Assembly (NCBI GenBank): GCA_964187785.1
Contig: OZ076409.1
Span: 682,001-746,000 of the forward strand
Direction of reading: 5' to 3'
Length of the DNA stretch: 64,000 nt
Source: Amphiscolops sp. MND2022
Lineage: Eukaryota
The translations under genes and the position numbers were made by a program. Below, in pieces: positions 53,401 to 63,154 of this stretch (positions within the stretch are counted from its first letter, which is position 1; the number at the start of each line of letters is the position of its first letter). Under the pieces are notes generated by a model, which was not told where the DNA came from, searched no databases, and was given only the letters and a program-made list of their open reading frames with translations.

Positions 53401-56400
53401 AATATTGACAAACATAGAATGTCGTGGCAGTATGCAAAAGAATAGATCACTGTTGATTGCTACGCTTAATTTGGCGCTCATTTCAAGTACGTTTCAACAA
53501 CTCCAACAATTCCTGCTCATTCAGATACATTTCTCAAGAAACATGAAAAACAAGCCGGGAACGTCCCAAGTCGACGTCCGCTCAAGGTTAAAAAACAGTT
53601 TTTTGAATATGCAAAGGGACACTTGTGAAAATTTTATCAAATTTACATAGCCGGTAAATATCCGAAGGGATACCCATGACTCCAAAACCGCTTTTTTATA
53701 ACTGGAGACATCCACGACCCACTTTTATGGGGAAAATAAACCTTTTCTTCTGTAAAACGTCTTATAGTGCCAAAAAAGCGGCTTTAAGCTCGCAAAACGT
53801 TTCTTCTAAGCCGAAAACATTTATAAAGGTGAAGGGGGTACCATTTGACCAAATGATTTTTTTTCGAATAAAAAAACACTTGGTCTCCCCTCTACTTTTG
53901 CAAACATAAAAACATTTCGTTCCAACGCAGGAATCGAACCCTTCAGGAAAGCCCATACGTAATCCCAGCTTCCACCATGAGGTTGTAGATGCCTCTCTAA
54001 AATTTTCAAAAACACATGGCACAAAGGGATCTTCTTTTGCTAAAACTTTCATGACATCAGGCATGATATCGGCCTTACAATGTCGAATATATTCAAGGCC
54101 CTTTACGTTTTCAGATGAAGTAAGAGAAACTGTAGTGAAAAAAAACATTGTTTTTTTTCAATGCTGTTTAAAACATGTTTTCATCCCTTCTTTAAAACAT
54201 GTTTTTCATCCCTTGTTTCAAACACCTGTTTAAAACAATGCCAACCTTGGCGCTTGATATTTCTTACTTTGGCTATGTTCTAGTTTCATGCCCAAATGAT
54301 TCCGTATTTGGCATCCTTATTCGGACTGAAAATGATTTGAGTGTTACTATCATAAATGTGCAACTTTTTCTCAGAAAAATTCAATTTTCCAAAAGTGACC
54401 CTTCGGTTTTTCAGTAATGTGCGACTATTTGGAAAAAAACTTGATTTTATACAAGGGTTCTCGTTGTGGTTTTTCGATGTTTCTGGTTTTAAAAAAGCAT
54501 AAAAGCTTTGGTTTTATGAGAAAATAGACCCCTCCGGGACACTATTATTTCTGCTTTAATCTTTCATTAATAACAATCATATCTGGAATACCAAAACACT
54601 CCTGTTTAATCATTATTTAGCGCACAATCAATCACGGATCACGTAAATAACTTCTAAATAAATAAGTTCTAAAATTATATTAGTAAATAACTTCTAAATA
54701 AATAAGTTCTAAAATTATATTAGTAAATAACTTCTAAAATGCATTTGCGTCTGGTAACTTCTGAAATCATTCTAGTAAAGATTGCTATTCATTCTTCCGA
54801 AAATAAATTAACCGTTCCATTATTCCGAAAATAAACTTACCGTTCTATTATTCCGAAAACTGTTATTTGAAAAGATTAGCATATTTGTTGTATGGCTCGG
54901 TCGCTTCGCTCCCTTCGCCAAGTAGCAACATTGAGGCATGGCCATATGGCACGTCGCTCCGCTTCGCTTCGCTCCTGCATTTAGGGCACTAGGGGTATGT
55001 GAACATAGCTAACGACGTTCTAGAAATAATTACGTCAAAATAGCTGTTTGGAAGTTATTTACTAGATGCCATTGCAATTTAGAAGTTATTTACTAAAATA
55101 ATTTTAGAATTTATTTATTTAGAAGTTGTTTACTATATTAATTAGAAGTTATTTATTTAGAAGTTATTTACTTCCCCCTCAATCACTATACCAGTTTATA
55201 CCGTCTTTAAATCTCGGACTAAAGCAAATATGTATAACTACTAAGCGTAGACGAAGTTTCCTTTGGCATTTGAATGCAGGCGAAGCTCTCGGCGAACGAA
55301 TAATTAACACTCGTTCGCTTCATCTCAATAACTCGGCGCAACGAAAGCACAATTACGAACATTCGCTCGCTTCATCTCAATGACGTCAGCGTACGAACGC
55401 ATAATTACCACTCGCTCGTTTCATCGCACGAGAAACGAATTGTTGTCGGTAGCTTAGAAATTCAAATCTAACGCTTAAAATATCTGAATTATTCAGTATC
55501 GTGCGAAGAATTTTACCGAAAAAAAGTAGACCTCTTGAAGTTTCAATAATATTCCTGCTACCGCAGAAATAATAAAAAGCAAAAAAGCTCCTTTATGCTC
55601 AAAGTGTTACATGTTGGTTTTTTTGACAGTGAGACATGAAATGTTTCAAAAAAGAATCCATCACGCTTTGAAGTACGCTTTCAGTCTTGAGCAGGGCGCT
55701 GACTTGTGCCGTTCCCCCCCCCCCCCAACTTGTTTTCTGTAACGCCCGAGGAAAGTTTTTGAAGACTTTAACTTCGTAAATGAGACTAGATATGACTGGA
55801 ATGCTGTCCTCTTTTCATAAGCAAACAACCGACTGCTTCGTCAACACGAAGTTTTCCCCAACTGGCTAGTTTGACTCACTCGAATCATATTTTCAGACTG
55901 GCCGGCCGGCCATATCAAAGTGAAGGCAAGGAGAACTATGCACAACAGATTCTACCATCTACTCTGATGAGTGCATGTATGTATGTACAGGGTTGTTAAA
56001 AAACACATATTTTGATTTAAAACAAAACAAGCGTAAAAATAGCTAAATAGATCGAAGCAACACACATGAAAGGAACACAGCTAAATACGAGGAGCAATTA
56101 TTTGCCCCAGTGCGCAATAAGGACCGAAGGCCTTCATGTTAACACAAATGGCATATATAAAATTTGACTTAAAACATTGAACAAAAAAACGTTGATTTAG
56201 AACAAACGTTTTAAAACATGTTTTTTAGTCGTAGCTTTTATCAATAAAAGCCCGACTATTACAGTCACTCGTTTTTACTTTTTTTTCATGTTCAGTTTGT
56301 TCAACTAAACGAATACCTGGGAAACGCATCTAAGTTATTGCAACCCTTAGTCCCCCTTTCATTTTTTTACTTTTTAAACGTAACATACAAAACCGGATGA

Positions 56401-59400
56401 GACTAAAGGGCCGGCGCTTTCAATTTTTGGCCCCCTTTCAATCTTTTTCGGCGCTGTGAGACTTTTTTGATTTTTTTTGTCTTCAAAGGGTCCCCCTTCG
56501 ATTTTATTGAAGTCCGCTCGTAATATCCGGAGTAAAGCGCTATATCCGAACTTTTGACGTTATATCCGAACTATTTTGCGTTTTGTAACGAGGAAGCCGA
56601 GGTTCAAAAACAGGAGTTTTTCATGAAAACGTTCTACGCATATTTCAAATCTGCGCTTTTTGAGCCTTAGATATGGCTTAGCCGACTTGAGACGTTCCCG
56701 TCTGGTTATTTAACAACCCTGTGTATGTATGTATGTCTATGGGTGTGGATGTGCTGACGCTTACCAGTATTGGGTGGCGTTGGGGACGACGCGGGTGACG
56801 GTGTAGTGGGTGGGGGGCACGGCCTCTGCTTCCCCTGTGACGTCACACAGCAGCGCCAGGTAGGGCAGCGAGGGGAAGTCGCGGGGCAGAGAGGAGGTCA
56901 GTCTCAGCACCGACACGTACACGTTGCACTCACCCATCTTGGACCGGTTGATCTGACAACACAACAACCAAGTCTCACAGTGCCGAAAAGGCAGATTGAT
57001 TGTAATAATGTAACACCCAAAGGCAAGTGTAATAATGAGCACTGTCATGGAATATAGGGTTGGCAAGGAATCCGATCCGATTTTTATTTGACTAAAATCT
57101 GAATTATTGATAATAATCATGATTTAATTGAAAAATTGTCGGTTGCTTAGGGAAATTCTTTTGGAACAATGGGAATTATTGGTTTAAGACTTTATTAGAA
57201 TATACTTTAAAAAGCAAAAAATTAAATGAGACGGAATTTGTCAAATTGCAGTCATTTGTTGGAGATGTTGAATGTGTTTATATTCCAGAGTATATTTCAA
57301 GTGTATATAATTTAAGAAAGCGTATATATTAGAATGTGTCGACATTCAAGTGGAGAACAATGGGGAGAATAACTTCTGAGACTGACTTCTCTGAGACTGA
57401 GTGATCAACCAACGACCAACCTTAGAGAAGTCGAAGTGGTACTCGATGAATGGTTGGATGTTGGCCAGACTGAACTTGTAGGAGGACAGAGTCTCCTTCG
57501 AGGGTCCGTCCGCCACCACCATCAGCAAATCTGAACAAACAACAAACTGAAACATTTCAAGTTCTTGTCGCTGAACCATTGTGACGCTGAACAAGTTTCC
57601 AATGTTCGTTAGTAATGAAATGTTCCACTGTTTCTTCCACTGTCGGAAGCTTTGACGAAGTGCTGTAACTCGGGCTACCATGTCTTTCCTATTTCAGTCT
57701 ATTTCTATACTTAGAAATGCCGCCGGTTAGACTATATTTTTGACACCAAACTTCTTTACATTTTAGCTGCACTCTTCTAGACTGGTGTATTCTTTCCAGG
57801 GAACACCGATTGTCGGAAATTGGTGATTAATCAATCCATCAACCATATAACCATTGGTGATTATCGAAATTGATGATTGTACAAAAAGAATATTGGAGGA
57901 AATGCAAAAACCCAACAAAAAGAAGAGCGACACAATATTTCGAAGAGAAAAAGAAACCAACTGAGAAACGAAACTTGAAGTGGGAAAGATTGAGTTATTT
58001 CTCCTCATAATTTAAGTCAATATTCATGCATCATTTTGTGTGAAATAGAATATCAATGAATGAACTAAACCTAAACGCTTTCCCCCACTAAAGACTTCTC
58101 TGAGCTACTTTAAAACACAGATCAGATGAGACGAGACAAGAGGTACTAACAGTGGGGCATGTGGCCGCCGCCATGGTCCGAGTCGGTGGTCACGTGCAGA
58201 GAGACGTGTTCGTTCCAGTAGGGCGTGAACGAAGGCCCCACTGCCTTGGTCACCCCCTCACACAACACACTCCCCTCCTCGGGCACCACCCTCCTACGTC
58301 ACACAATCACATTACACTCAGGGTTTTGACATCGCTAATTTCTTCCGCTAATCGCTAAACCGCTAATTTGAAAATCGCTATTTCGCTGAAAAGCTTTTTC
58401 TGCAAACTATTAAATGTCTAGCTTCAACTATGTTTCAAATTAACTTATTCGGTTTTTGGAAGAAAAAAGACTAGAATTTTTTATACTGTGCGTGTTTTAC
58501 AAGGGTAAGAGTTGGAATTTTTCCGAAATTCATTTTGAAACCGTCAATACACAGAAGAAATTTTGAATTTGGAGGGTCTGTTAGTTACCGCTAATTTGAA
58601 TCGCTAATGAAATCGCTGAAAAATTCCTGCGCGGCCGCTAATTCGCTAAATCGCTGATTAGCGGTGTCAAAACTCTGATTACACTACTGTGTGATTAACA
58701 ACAAATCGTGCCCCTATGCGCCAGGGTTTTGACATCGCTAATTTTTTCCGCTATCCGGTAAACCGCTAATTTCAAATTCGCTATTTCGCTGAAAAAAATT
58801 CTTCAAACCATTAAACGCTTGTCTTCAACTATCTTCCAAAATCGAATGATAACCTAATTTAGTTTTCCAAAAAAACAGACGGGAATTTTTTGTACTGTGT
58901 GGGTTTTACAGGGGTAAGAGTTGGAAATTTTTGACATTCATCCTGATACCGCACGTGTAAGATTTTTAGGAAATTTTAAATTTTGACATTCTATTAGTTA
59001 CCGCTAATTTTAATCGCTAAAAGTATCCTGCGCGGCCGCTAATTCGCTAAATCGCTGACTAGTGGTGTCAAAGTTCTGCTATGCGTTGAGTGTCGTTATC
59101 AACCAATTAGCATTGCTGCTTATTTGCTCTCACTTTCAATTCTGATTGGCGCATAGAGTGAAATCCCAGGCACAGAAAGAACTCTTCTGCAGTTTTCCCA
59201 GTTTTGGGCAAGTTTTTGAATTTTTTTCTGAAAAATTCAAATTCATGGAATTCTGCTGATTGTATAGAATTCAATGATATATTTTTTGTTTGAAAAACAT
59301 TCTAAATGAAACAATAATCGCAGTTTTTGCCGCGAAACGTAAATTCGCTATCTTGATACATGTAAATCAACGAAATTTTACCTTTCGAGCATGATGTTTC

Positions 59401-59483
59401 GAAAATGGTTGATCATTTTTGAAATCAAATGATATCCATAGATTCAGTAGATTTGTGCGAGTCAATTGAGCATAAAACTTCCC

Positions 59484-59519
<36 letters not shown>

Positions 59520-62500
59520 AACGCGACAATGTAAGGAGTGGGTTTGTTCTCAAACTTGTCCTCTGGCAGGTTGAGGGCTGCGTGTGCCTTGATGTGGATG
59601 ATCTCGCTGCCAGCTGCAGGCAACTCGAGACTTAACCCCCCTCTGGCCCCATTCCCAGACTCACCCCCCTTGGACACACCCACACCCCCTTCGCCAGCAG
59701 CGGGAGCCACGGAAATCTAAACGTTGCACACCTCACATCTCAACTTCACATCACAACAATCACACACCACAATTAGCTCAATCGACACTACGTTGCATGC
59801 TGTATTAGGTGAACCAAAAAACGGAACGCACAAAAACTTTTGCGCTCTTAAAATGTCAAATATTTGACAACAAAATGTTTCAAAACAACTTTGAACGCTG
59901 AAATTTAGCCTGTCAATCTTTCAATTTGACAACATTGCTTTCACACATTCGAGTGTCAAAGAACTTTCACACTTCAGAAGTCAAACAAAGTGACTGGTAA
60001 AGATGTCTAGAAGTTCACTGAGGGTTCAAATCATCTTTTGGTGAAGATTTGATTATTTTTTTATTTCGCTTTTCAAAATGGTAATATTTGTAAACAAGGC
60101 ATTGATATCGTTTCATTTTTTTGAGGAACATGGTCCGAAACTTTTTCTCTCAAAACCATAACAAGTAGTCAATGATAGCAATAACTGCACAATTAACAAT
60201 AATTATGAAGATAATTATCTAGACTCGATAATTATTGAGACTCAATAATAAAGCACGATTCCTAATAGATTATATAAAATGCGACGTTTTATGGAACGTA
60301 ATTTGCGACCACGAAATTTCTGGCGACGAAATTTCTGTTAATCAAAAATAGGATAGCATACGGCTTCTCTGGAAGGGAGAGGCGAGTTTTCGAGGAAGAA
60401 GTTGAGGTTGGCATTTTCGTCGGCCGCGAACAGCTCGTTGTCGGATTGAGGAATGTGGTCGATCGTGATCTCAGACGGAGTGCCCAAGTCCTGCAACGAA
60501 AAAGGAAGGAAAACACTGTAGAGAATCAAATCAAAACTTGTGGTAGCCAAGTGTAGAAGAAATAACTAGAGGAGCAATTCAAACATTGATTAAACATGTC
60601 AATTAGAGAGAGCTTTTGATACAATAGCTGATGATGTAGATAGAATCCGAGTTTGTACACAAGGGATTGAATTGGACACAAGGGCCAAACAGATTTTTCA
60701 GCGATTTTATTAGCGATTCAAATTAGCGGCAATGAACAGATTGTCCAAATTCATAAATTCAAAAAATGCCAACTCTTGCCCTTCTAAAATCCACACAGTC
60801 TGAAAAATTCCAGTCTTTTTTCTCTCAAAAAATGAATATAATTTATCATTGAATTTCAACACACTTGAAGTGAAATAGTAAATATTTTTAAGAAAGTGTT
60901 GCAGCGAAATAGCCATTTCCAAATGAGCGGTTTAGCGATCCAGTCCAGTCAAACCCTGGATAGAATAGAAGACAGGCAATCCATGCCAACCTCTGGGGTC
61001 TCGCTCCGGACCAGTCGGTGTGTGGGGGCAGCCACTTGTCTCTGTGGGGGAGGCTCAGAGGGCGAGAGTGGGGAGGGGGCGATGTACTCCTTGAGAGAGT
61101 AGTCCACACTGATTCTGCCCGCGTGCACCTGGATGGGGTCTCCGGAGGCAGTGCGCAGGAGAGAGAACTCGTCCCTGCAATTAAAGCATCACCTGCTCCT
61201 GTACAGACATGAGCGCCCCAGTCAAAAGCGTCTAGCTAATTTTGAGCTGATTTCATTTCCTTTTTTAAAATATAATTGAAGTAGTTCAAACACAGGGTTG
61301 GGTAAAATTGTGGTTTTTTGTGAATTGAAGTTTTTTTCCGAAAAATGTTTTTCCCAATCTTTACAGATCACATCACTTATTCAGTTGTTTATACAAAAAC
61401 AGCTTTCGACGCCCAGACGGGATCTGAGTCCCGTAACTCATCCCCATTGTCGAAAAGTGTCGCTCCAATCCGGCTGAACTTGTACCGCCGAAACCAGATT
61501 GTTCTCATGAAGCATCAGCGATGGCATTCTAGTACAACTACAAACGAGCGAAAAAAAACATCAGTTCTTTTCACGTGTTTTAATCATGTTTTTCCGCTGT
61601 TTAAAACGTTTTTTTTTCAAACTTGCCAACCCTGTTCAAACACAATAGGAAATCACTGGTGATGCCTTGTTTAACATCTTCACACCTAACAAATTCCAAT
61701 TGAAAACGACCAAAATTGTTAATTTTGAAGCAATTAGTTTTAATTCTTAAAGAAACAATTAGTCAATACAGTTTTAAATGGAAAACTCATAATTATTCAA
61801 TTGAATAAGAAACTTAAAAAGGGTGGCTTAAAAGAGTCAGCAAATAATCTGATATATTTACATTGATCAGATCCTCTGCACTCAAAGCTGCCTTTCAATG
61901 TTAAGTTATCAACTGCTGGTTGTTTCATCTATATTCTTCTGACTCTTACTCATTGAGAACAGTTGTAGACCCAAGTCACAATATCATTACTTAAGACCAG
62001 AGTTGGAACCGGGTCTGTCTTTCGATAGGTGTAGAACAAAAACGCTCCGAACTAAATTCATTTTCGGTCTTTTAGTAGGAGTTTCAAAAGCATTGACCGG
62101 GCCTGGACGGGCCGGGTCCGGATATTTAGGCCCGCTTCCAACTCTGCCCATGATATGAAGCGATGCACAACTCATCATAATGGAAAAAAGTCAGCGGATA
62201 CATCAAGTGAGTTTTTGGGTAATATCAACATTAGAACAAAAGATGTGAATTGTTTTTTTACCGAATGTACTTTTTATTTCAAACGAAGTTTGTCACTTCT
62301 GGTGCCAGGAAATGATCTCATCTAGAGATCGATGGCAGTTGAAAAATGATGAGTTCTCGCATAAATTTCCTAGTTGACAGAAAAGATTCAACATGTAATA
62401 CATCCTTGAACACCCCCTCCCCCCTGTGAATGTGTTTAACTGACTGGACGTGGAACATGTGGCTGTCGTGTCTGGCCTTGAGGTCCACCTGGGAGAGATG

Positions 62501-62631
62501 GGCCCTGGGGTAGATGGCGACCATGTTCTGCGAGACCCTGGACCCAGAGCCGGTGCTGCTGCGCTTGTCCTTCAGCTGGAACGCTTCTATCATGAGTCGC
62601 ACGTCGTGGTTGCTGTCATTCTTGCAGAACC
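20392..62631 (-). CDS. CCDC33: Coiled-coil domain-containing protein 33 (C2 domain plus C-terminal coiled coils), 5'-partial, 18 exons
   Basis: Recalled CCDC33 motifs: FCKND..HD, AIYPR, RVVPN, GYPQ, NYRRA..KM.EDIL, KND.EK, LEETVR.QEKVI.KMER, LED..R.WGREK; all 18 exon phases checked and consistent. Confidence 0.9.
21133..21276 (-). CDS. CCDC33: CCDC33 exon
   Basis: LEDNSRLWGREKEELLRRITELERGF; ttgcag / GTGAGT. Confidence 0.9.
21307..21549 (-). mobile_element. HINE-like family 2 with internal tRNA-derived segment
   Basis: 5' hairpin TTTTCCGCCCAC..GTGGGAGGAAAA; 3' GCGGAAAA plus hairpin CCCG..CGGG; B-box GGTTCGAACCC. Confidence 0.7.
22062..23273 (+). mobile_element. hAT deletion derivative
   Basis: TIR TAGA(G/A)GTGGG; TSD TCACAATC on both sides; remnant AIPATAAPCERVWSASG..KRSSL. 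Confidence 0.9.
23699..24220. mobile_element. TA-flanked MITE
   Basis: TIR CAGTAG.GTTC.AAAATATCG.AACT flanked by TA. Confidence 0.8.
25022..25132 (-). CDS. CCDC33: CCDC33 exon
   Basis: SAGESGGEVSAEMAARLKSVEHELEEK...LHKA; tttag / GTTAGT. Confidence 0.85.
25199..25349. mobile_element. Short hAT-like MITE; second copy at 61998-62146
   Basis: CAGAGTTGGAA-type termini and GGCCC repeats in both copies. Confidence 0.6.
25545..25652 (-). CDS. CCDC33: Candidate alternative 108-nt exon of CCDC33
   Basis: ttgtgcag / GTAAGT; phase 0-0; LLGEGSDKSALLHRELLNGEMKWAKCWAEKGALSKV. Confidence 0.6.
26277..26398 (-). CDS. CCDC33: CCDC33 exon
   Basis: DDQRQRIEEALKAENDRLRAEL; tttag / GTGAGT. Confidence 0.88.
27865..29328 (-). 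mobile_element. Tc1 transposon, degenerate
   Basis: TIRs ..CGTTTCAAAAAGTTCGC with TA flanks; frameshifted ORFs with LGRKSVLT and YSPDLNPIEHVW. Confidence 0.88.
29455..29508 (-). CDS. CCDC33: Candidate 54-nt cassette exon of CCDC33 (His/Cys-rich)
   Basis: ttgcttcag / GTAAGA; phase 1-1 matches the host intron; open frame VTPKHEHHTSTCSHCCACH. Confidence 0.55.
30918..31107 (-). CDS. CCDC33: CCDC33 exon (coiled coil)
   Basis: KNDKEK...LEETVRAQEKVIAKMERLF; ttgcag / GTGCGC. Confidence 0.9.
31279..31772 (+). mobile_element. HINE family 1, complete
   Basis: Both subTIRs and the 3' AGACG-ttct-CGTCT hairpin. Confidence 0.85.
32252..32536 (-). CDS. CCDC33: CCDC33 exon with GC donor (coiled coil)
   Basis: DLENYRRAVKKMSEDIL...QNQVIK; tgtag / GCTAGT. 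Confidence 0.88.
32546..32586. repeat. (ATCAA)n microsatellite next to a splice acceptor
   Basis: About 8 tandem units; reads (TTTGA)n on the transcript. Confidence 0.95.
33510..33556 (+). mobile_element. HINE family 1, 5' end only
   Basis: TTTTTAGTCGGCGCTTCATGAAGTGAAACGCGACTATTATAGTG, identical to the start of the copy at 49686. Confidence 0.7.
34005..34062 (-). CDS. CCDC33: CCDC33 short exon
   Basis: PAAGEFDDRAMRIIDLQMQ; ttcag / GTAAGC; needed to bridge phase 2 to phase 0. Confidence 0.82.
34473..34807. mobile_element. TA-flanked MITE containing a nested TA MITE (34543-34723)
   Basis: Outer TIR CACTCAACT..TTATAACG; inner TIR CAGTC..ACTCGGATAAAA; a partial copy at about 40873-40990 shows the empty TA site. 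Confidence 0.8.
34895..35151 (-). mobile_element. HINE-like family 2 with tRNA-derived segment
   Basis: Homologous to 21307-21549; A-box TGGCTCAGTTGG, B-box GGTTCGAATC. Confidence 0.7.
35204..35394 (-). CDS. CCDC33: CCDC33 exon
   Basis: PINQDELPPEDSLNAVL...NRYQ; ttgcag / GTGAGT. Confidence 0.85.
37408..37686 (-). CDS. CCDC33: CCDC33 exon (Pro/Ala-rich)
   Basis: ESMSVAGNVEEVEFEELSTKP...LPRN; gacag / GTACGA. Confidence 0.78.
38341..38820 (-). mobile_element. HINE family 1, 5'-truncated
   Basis: 3' end GCGCCGACTTGGGCTGTTCCCGGCTTGTT on minus. Confidence 0.8.
39418..40114 (+). mobile_element. HINE family 1, complete, with expanded internal repeats
   Basis: Both termini; internal duplicated cagcaaactgaagttt..aaagcccaaagggtctcccc unit. 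Confidence 0.85.
41068..41331 (-). CDS. CCDC33: CCDC33 exon
   Basis: VKLPGG...TSALVVELF...VPLR; ttgcag / GTGAGT. Confidence 0.88.
41516..41848. mobile_element. pogo/Tigger-like TA MITE
   Basis: TIR CCGTATTTCTTCG flanked by TA. Confidence 0.8.
42538..43660 (+). mobile_element. hAT deletion derivative
   Basis: TIR CAGGGCTGGGTA; TSD AATGCAGC; BED finger remnant (CIKC..NLINHL) and IVGDN..GCYSHRLNLAV. Confidence 0.92.
44435..44749 (-). repeat. 3' LTR (315 bp)
   Basis: Direct repeat of the 5' LTR, about 5 differences by eye. Confidence 0.95.
44843..44972. repeat. 65-bp tandem duplication upstream of the PPT
   Basis: cgtcactcgagattgtg...cacatatc twice, one mismatch. Confidence 0.9.
44971..48594 (-). 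pseudogene. pol: Gypsy pol (PR-RT-RNaseH-IN) with stops and frameshifts
   Basis: ORF fragments 47785-48594, 47458-47769, 47204-47476, 46647-47177, 45945-46646, 44971-45537. Confidence 0.9.
48679..49596 (-). CDS. gag: Gypsy gag with two zinc knuckles
   Basis: RKQKQGES; CFRC..H..C and CMKCGKKGHFAKCC. Confidence 0.85.
   Translation of the reverse strand: MALRASEHSGGPQAIAGLPTYWTDASKTPTLEWEKWIDLFEVALMAKNNISVSDLTKTTGAKEKSLMGDLDEIPAMKKAISVLYLALGAAGRKTIADKFPTTNIATVNLTDLLKNCKECFEKPKNETLDRFKFLSRKQKQGESLKQFWNELNGLASKCNFGAITESLVKDVFIVNMNNKEVQQKLCTEPKANVNDNIQFAIAYEEGTIRQQSFETLEKPKIKAEPSELNNINQNAKRWGPQKKCFRCEGIFTPQHLKECKAIGITCMKCGKKGHFAKCCQTKGAGNFAKSRKVAKPPQRIQRIDE
49688..50373 (+). mobile_element. HINE family 1, complete, inserted in the Gypsy 5' LTR
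   Basis: Both termini; the other LTR gives the empty site tctatttttataaag. Confidence 0.92.
50825..50945 (-). CDS. CCDC33: CCDC33 exon with GC donor
   Basis: QEMLWKHSRPAG...HGYPQ; ttgcag / GCTAGT. Confidence 0.82.
52343..52838 (-). mobile_element. HINE family 1, complete
   Basis: aacaagacgggaacgtctaaagtcggcgc ... gcgccgactaaaaa. Confidence 0.85.
54636..55178. mobile_element. Foldback-like MITE, intact copy
   Basis: TSD TCAATCAC on both sides; inverted homologue of 43973-50733. Confidence 0.88.
55988..56721. mobile_element. hAT MITE containing a HINE family 1 copy (56221-56707)
   Basis: TIR CAGGGTTGTTAAA; TSD TGTATGTA. Confidence 0.85.
56765..56952 (-). CDS. CCDC33: CCDC33 exon
   Basis: NVYVSVLRLTSSLP...VTRVVPNATQY; gtcag / GTAAGC. 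Confidence 0.88.
57421..57530 (-). CDS. CCDC33: CCDC33 exon (C2 domain)
   Basis: LLMVVADGPSKETLSSYKF...EYHFDFSK; ttcag / GTTGGT. Confidence 0.88.
58151..58293 (-). CDS. CCDC33: CCDC33 exon (C2 domain)
   Basis: VTKAVGPSFTPYWNEHVSL; cgtag / GTTAGT. Confidence 0.85.
58319..58677. mobile_element. hAT MITE
   Basis: TIR CAG(G/A)GTTTTGACA; TSD ATTACACT; CGCTAA subterminal repeats. Confidence 0.9.
58722..59078. mobile_element. hAT MITE, same family
   Basis: TSD CTATGCGC/CTATGCGT. Confidence 0.88.
59487..59516. repeat. (AG)n microsatellite abutting a splice donor
   Basis: Reads GTTAGT(CT)n on the transcript. Confidence 0.95.
59523..59716 (-). CDS. CCDC33: CCDC33 exon (start of C2 domain)
   Basis: EIIHIKAHAALNLPEDKFENKPTPYIV; tttag / GTTAGT. 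Confidence 0.85.
60362..60490 (-). CDS. CCDC33: CCDC33 exon
   Basis: DLGTPSEITID...SREA; ttgcag / GTATGC. Confidence 0.8.
60991..61174 (-). CDS. CCDC33: CCDC33 exon
   Basis: DEFSLLRTASGDPIQVHAGRISVDY...; ttgcag / GTTGGC. Confidence 0.85.
61293..61634. mobile_element. hAT MITE
   Basis: TIR CAGGGTTGG; TSD TTCAAACA. Confidence 0.88.
62445..62631 (-). CDS. CCDC33: CCDC33 exon
   Basis: FCKNDSNHDVRLMIEAFQL...AIYPR; ttgcag / GTCAGT. Confidence 0.88.
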
Positions 62632-62652
62632 CTGCAAGTCACATCAGTGATA

Positions 62653-63154
62653 AACGAGACGAGAACGTCTAAAGTCGGCGCCATATCTAAGGCTCAAAAA
62701 GCGTAAAACACTTTTTTTGGAAAAAAATTGAAATTTTTGAAAAAAAATTTTCTTTCAGAAGAAGTCGCATAGTGCCGAAAAATGTAAAAGGGGGGACCCT
62801 TCTGGATTTATTAACAAACATTCCGTTGCAAAATATCAAAAAACTCAAAGGGGGGACCCTTTGGGGACATTTGAAAATTTTCGAAAAAAAAGTCGCACAG
62901 TGCCGAAAAAATCCAAAGGGGGGACACTTGAGGCACTTCCGGTTTTGTATGTTTCCTTGAAAGAGTAATAAATCAAAGGGGGGAGCCTTTGGAGTAAAGT
63001 TTGCCTTGGGCGGACTTGGCCTCAGGTGCTCTGCTCAGGATTGTAAAAAGTGGACCGATCAGTGTGAGGATTGTAGTCTGAAGAAAAAAAGAAAAAAAAG
63101 GTCACTGCTATAGTCGGGCATTTTTTCTTAAAAGGAAAACGCGCCGACTAAAAA
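62653..63154 (-). mobile_element. HINE family 1, complete
   Basis: aacgagacgagaacgtctaaagtcggcgc ... gcgccgactaaaaa. Confidence 0.85.

Noticed and set aside
53900..54250. Possible hAT transposase C-terminal fragment (SWWKLG)
   Set aside because: Too short and degraded; only one TIR-like end visible.
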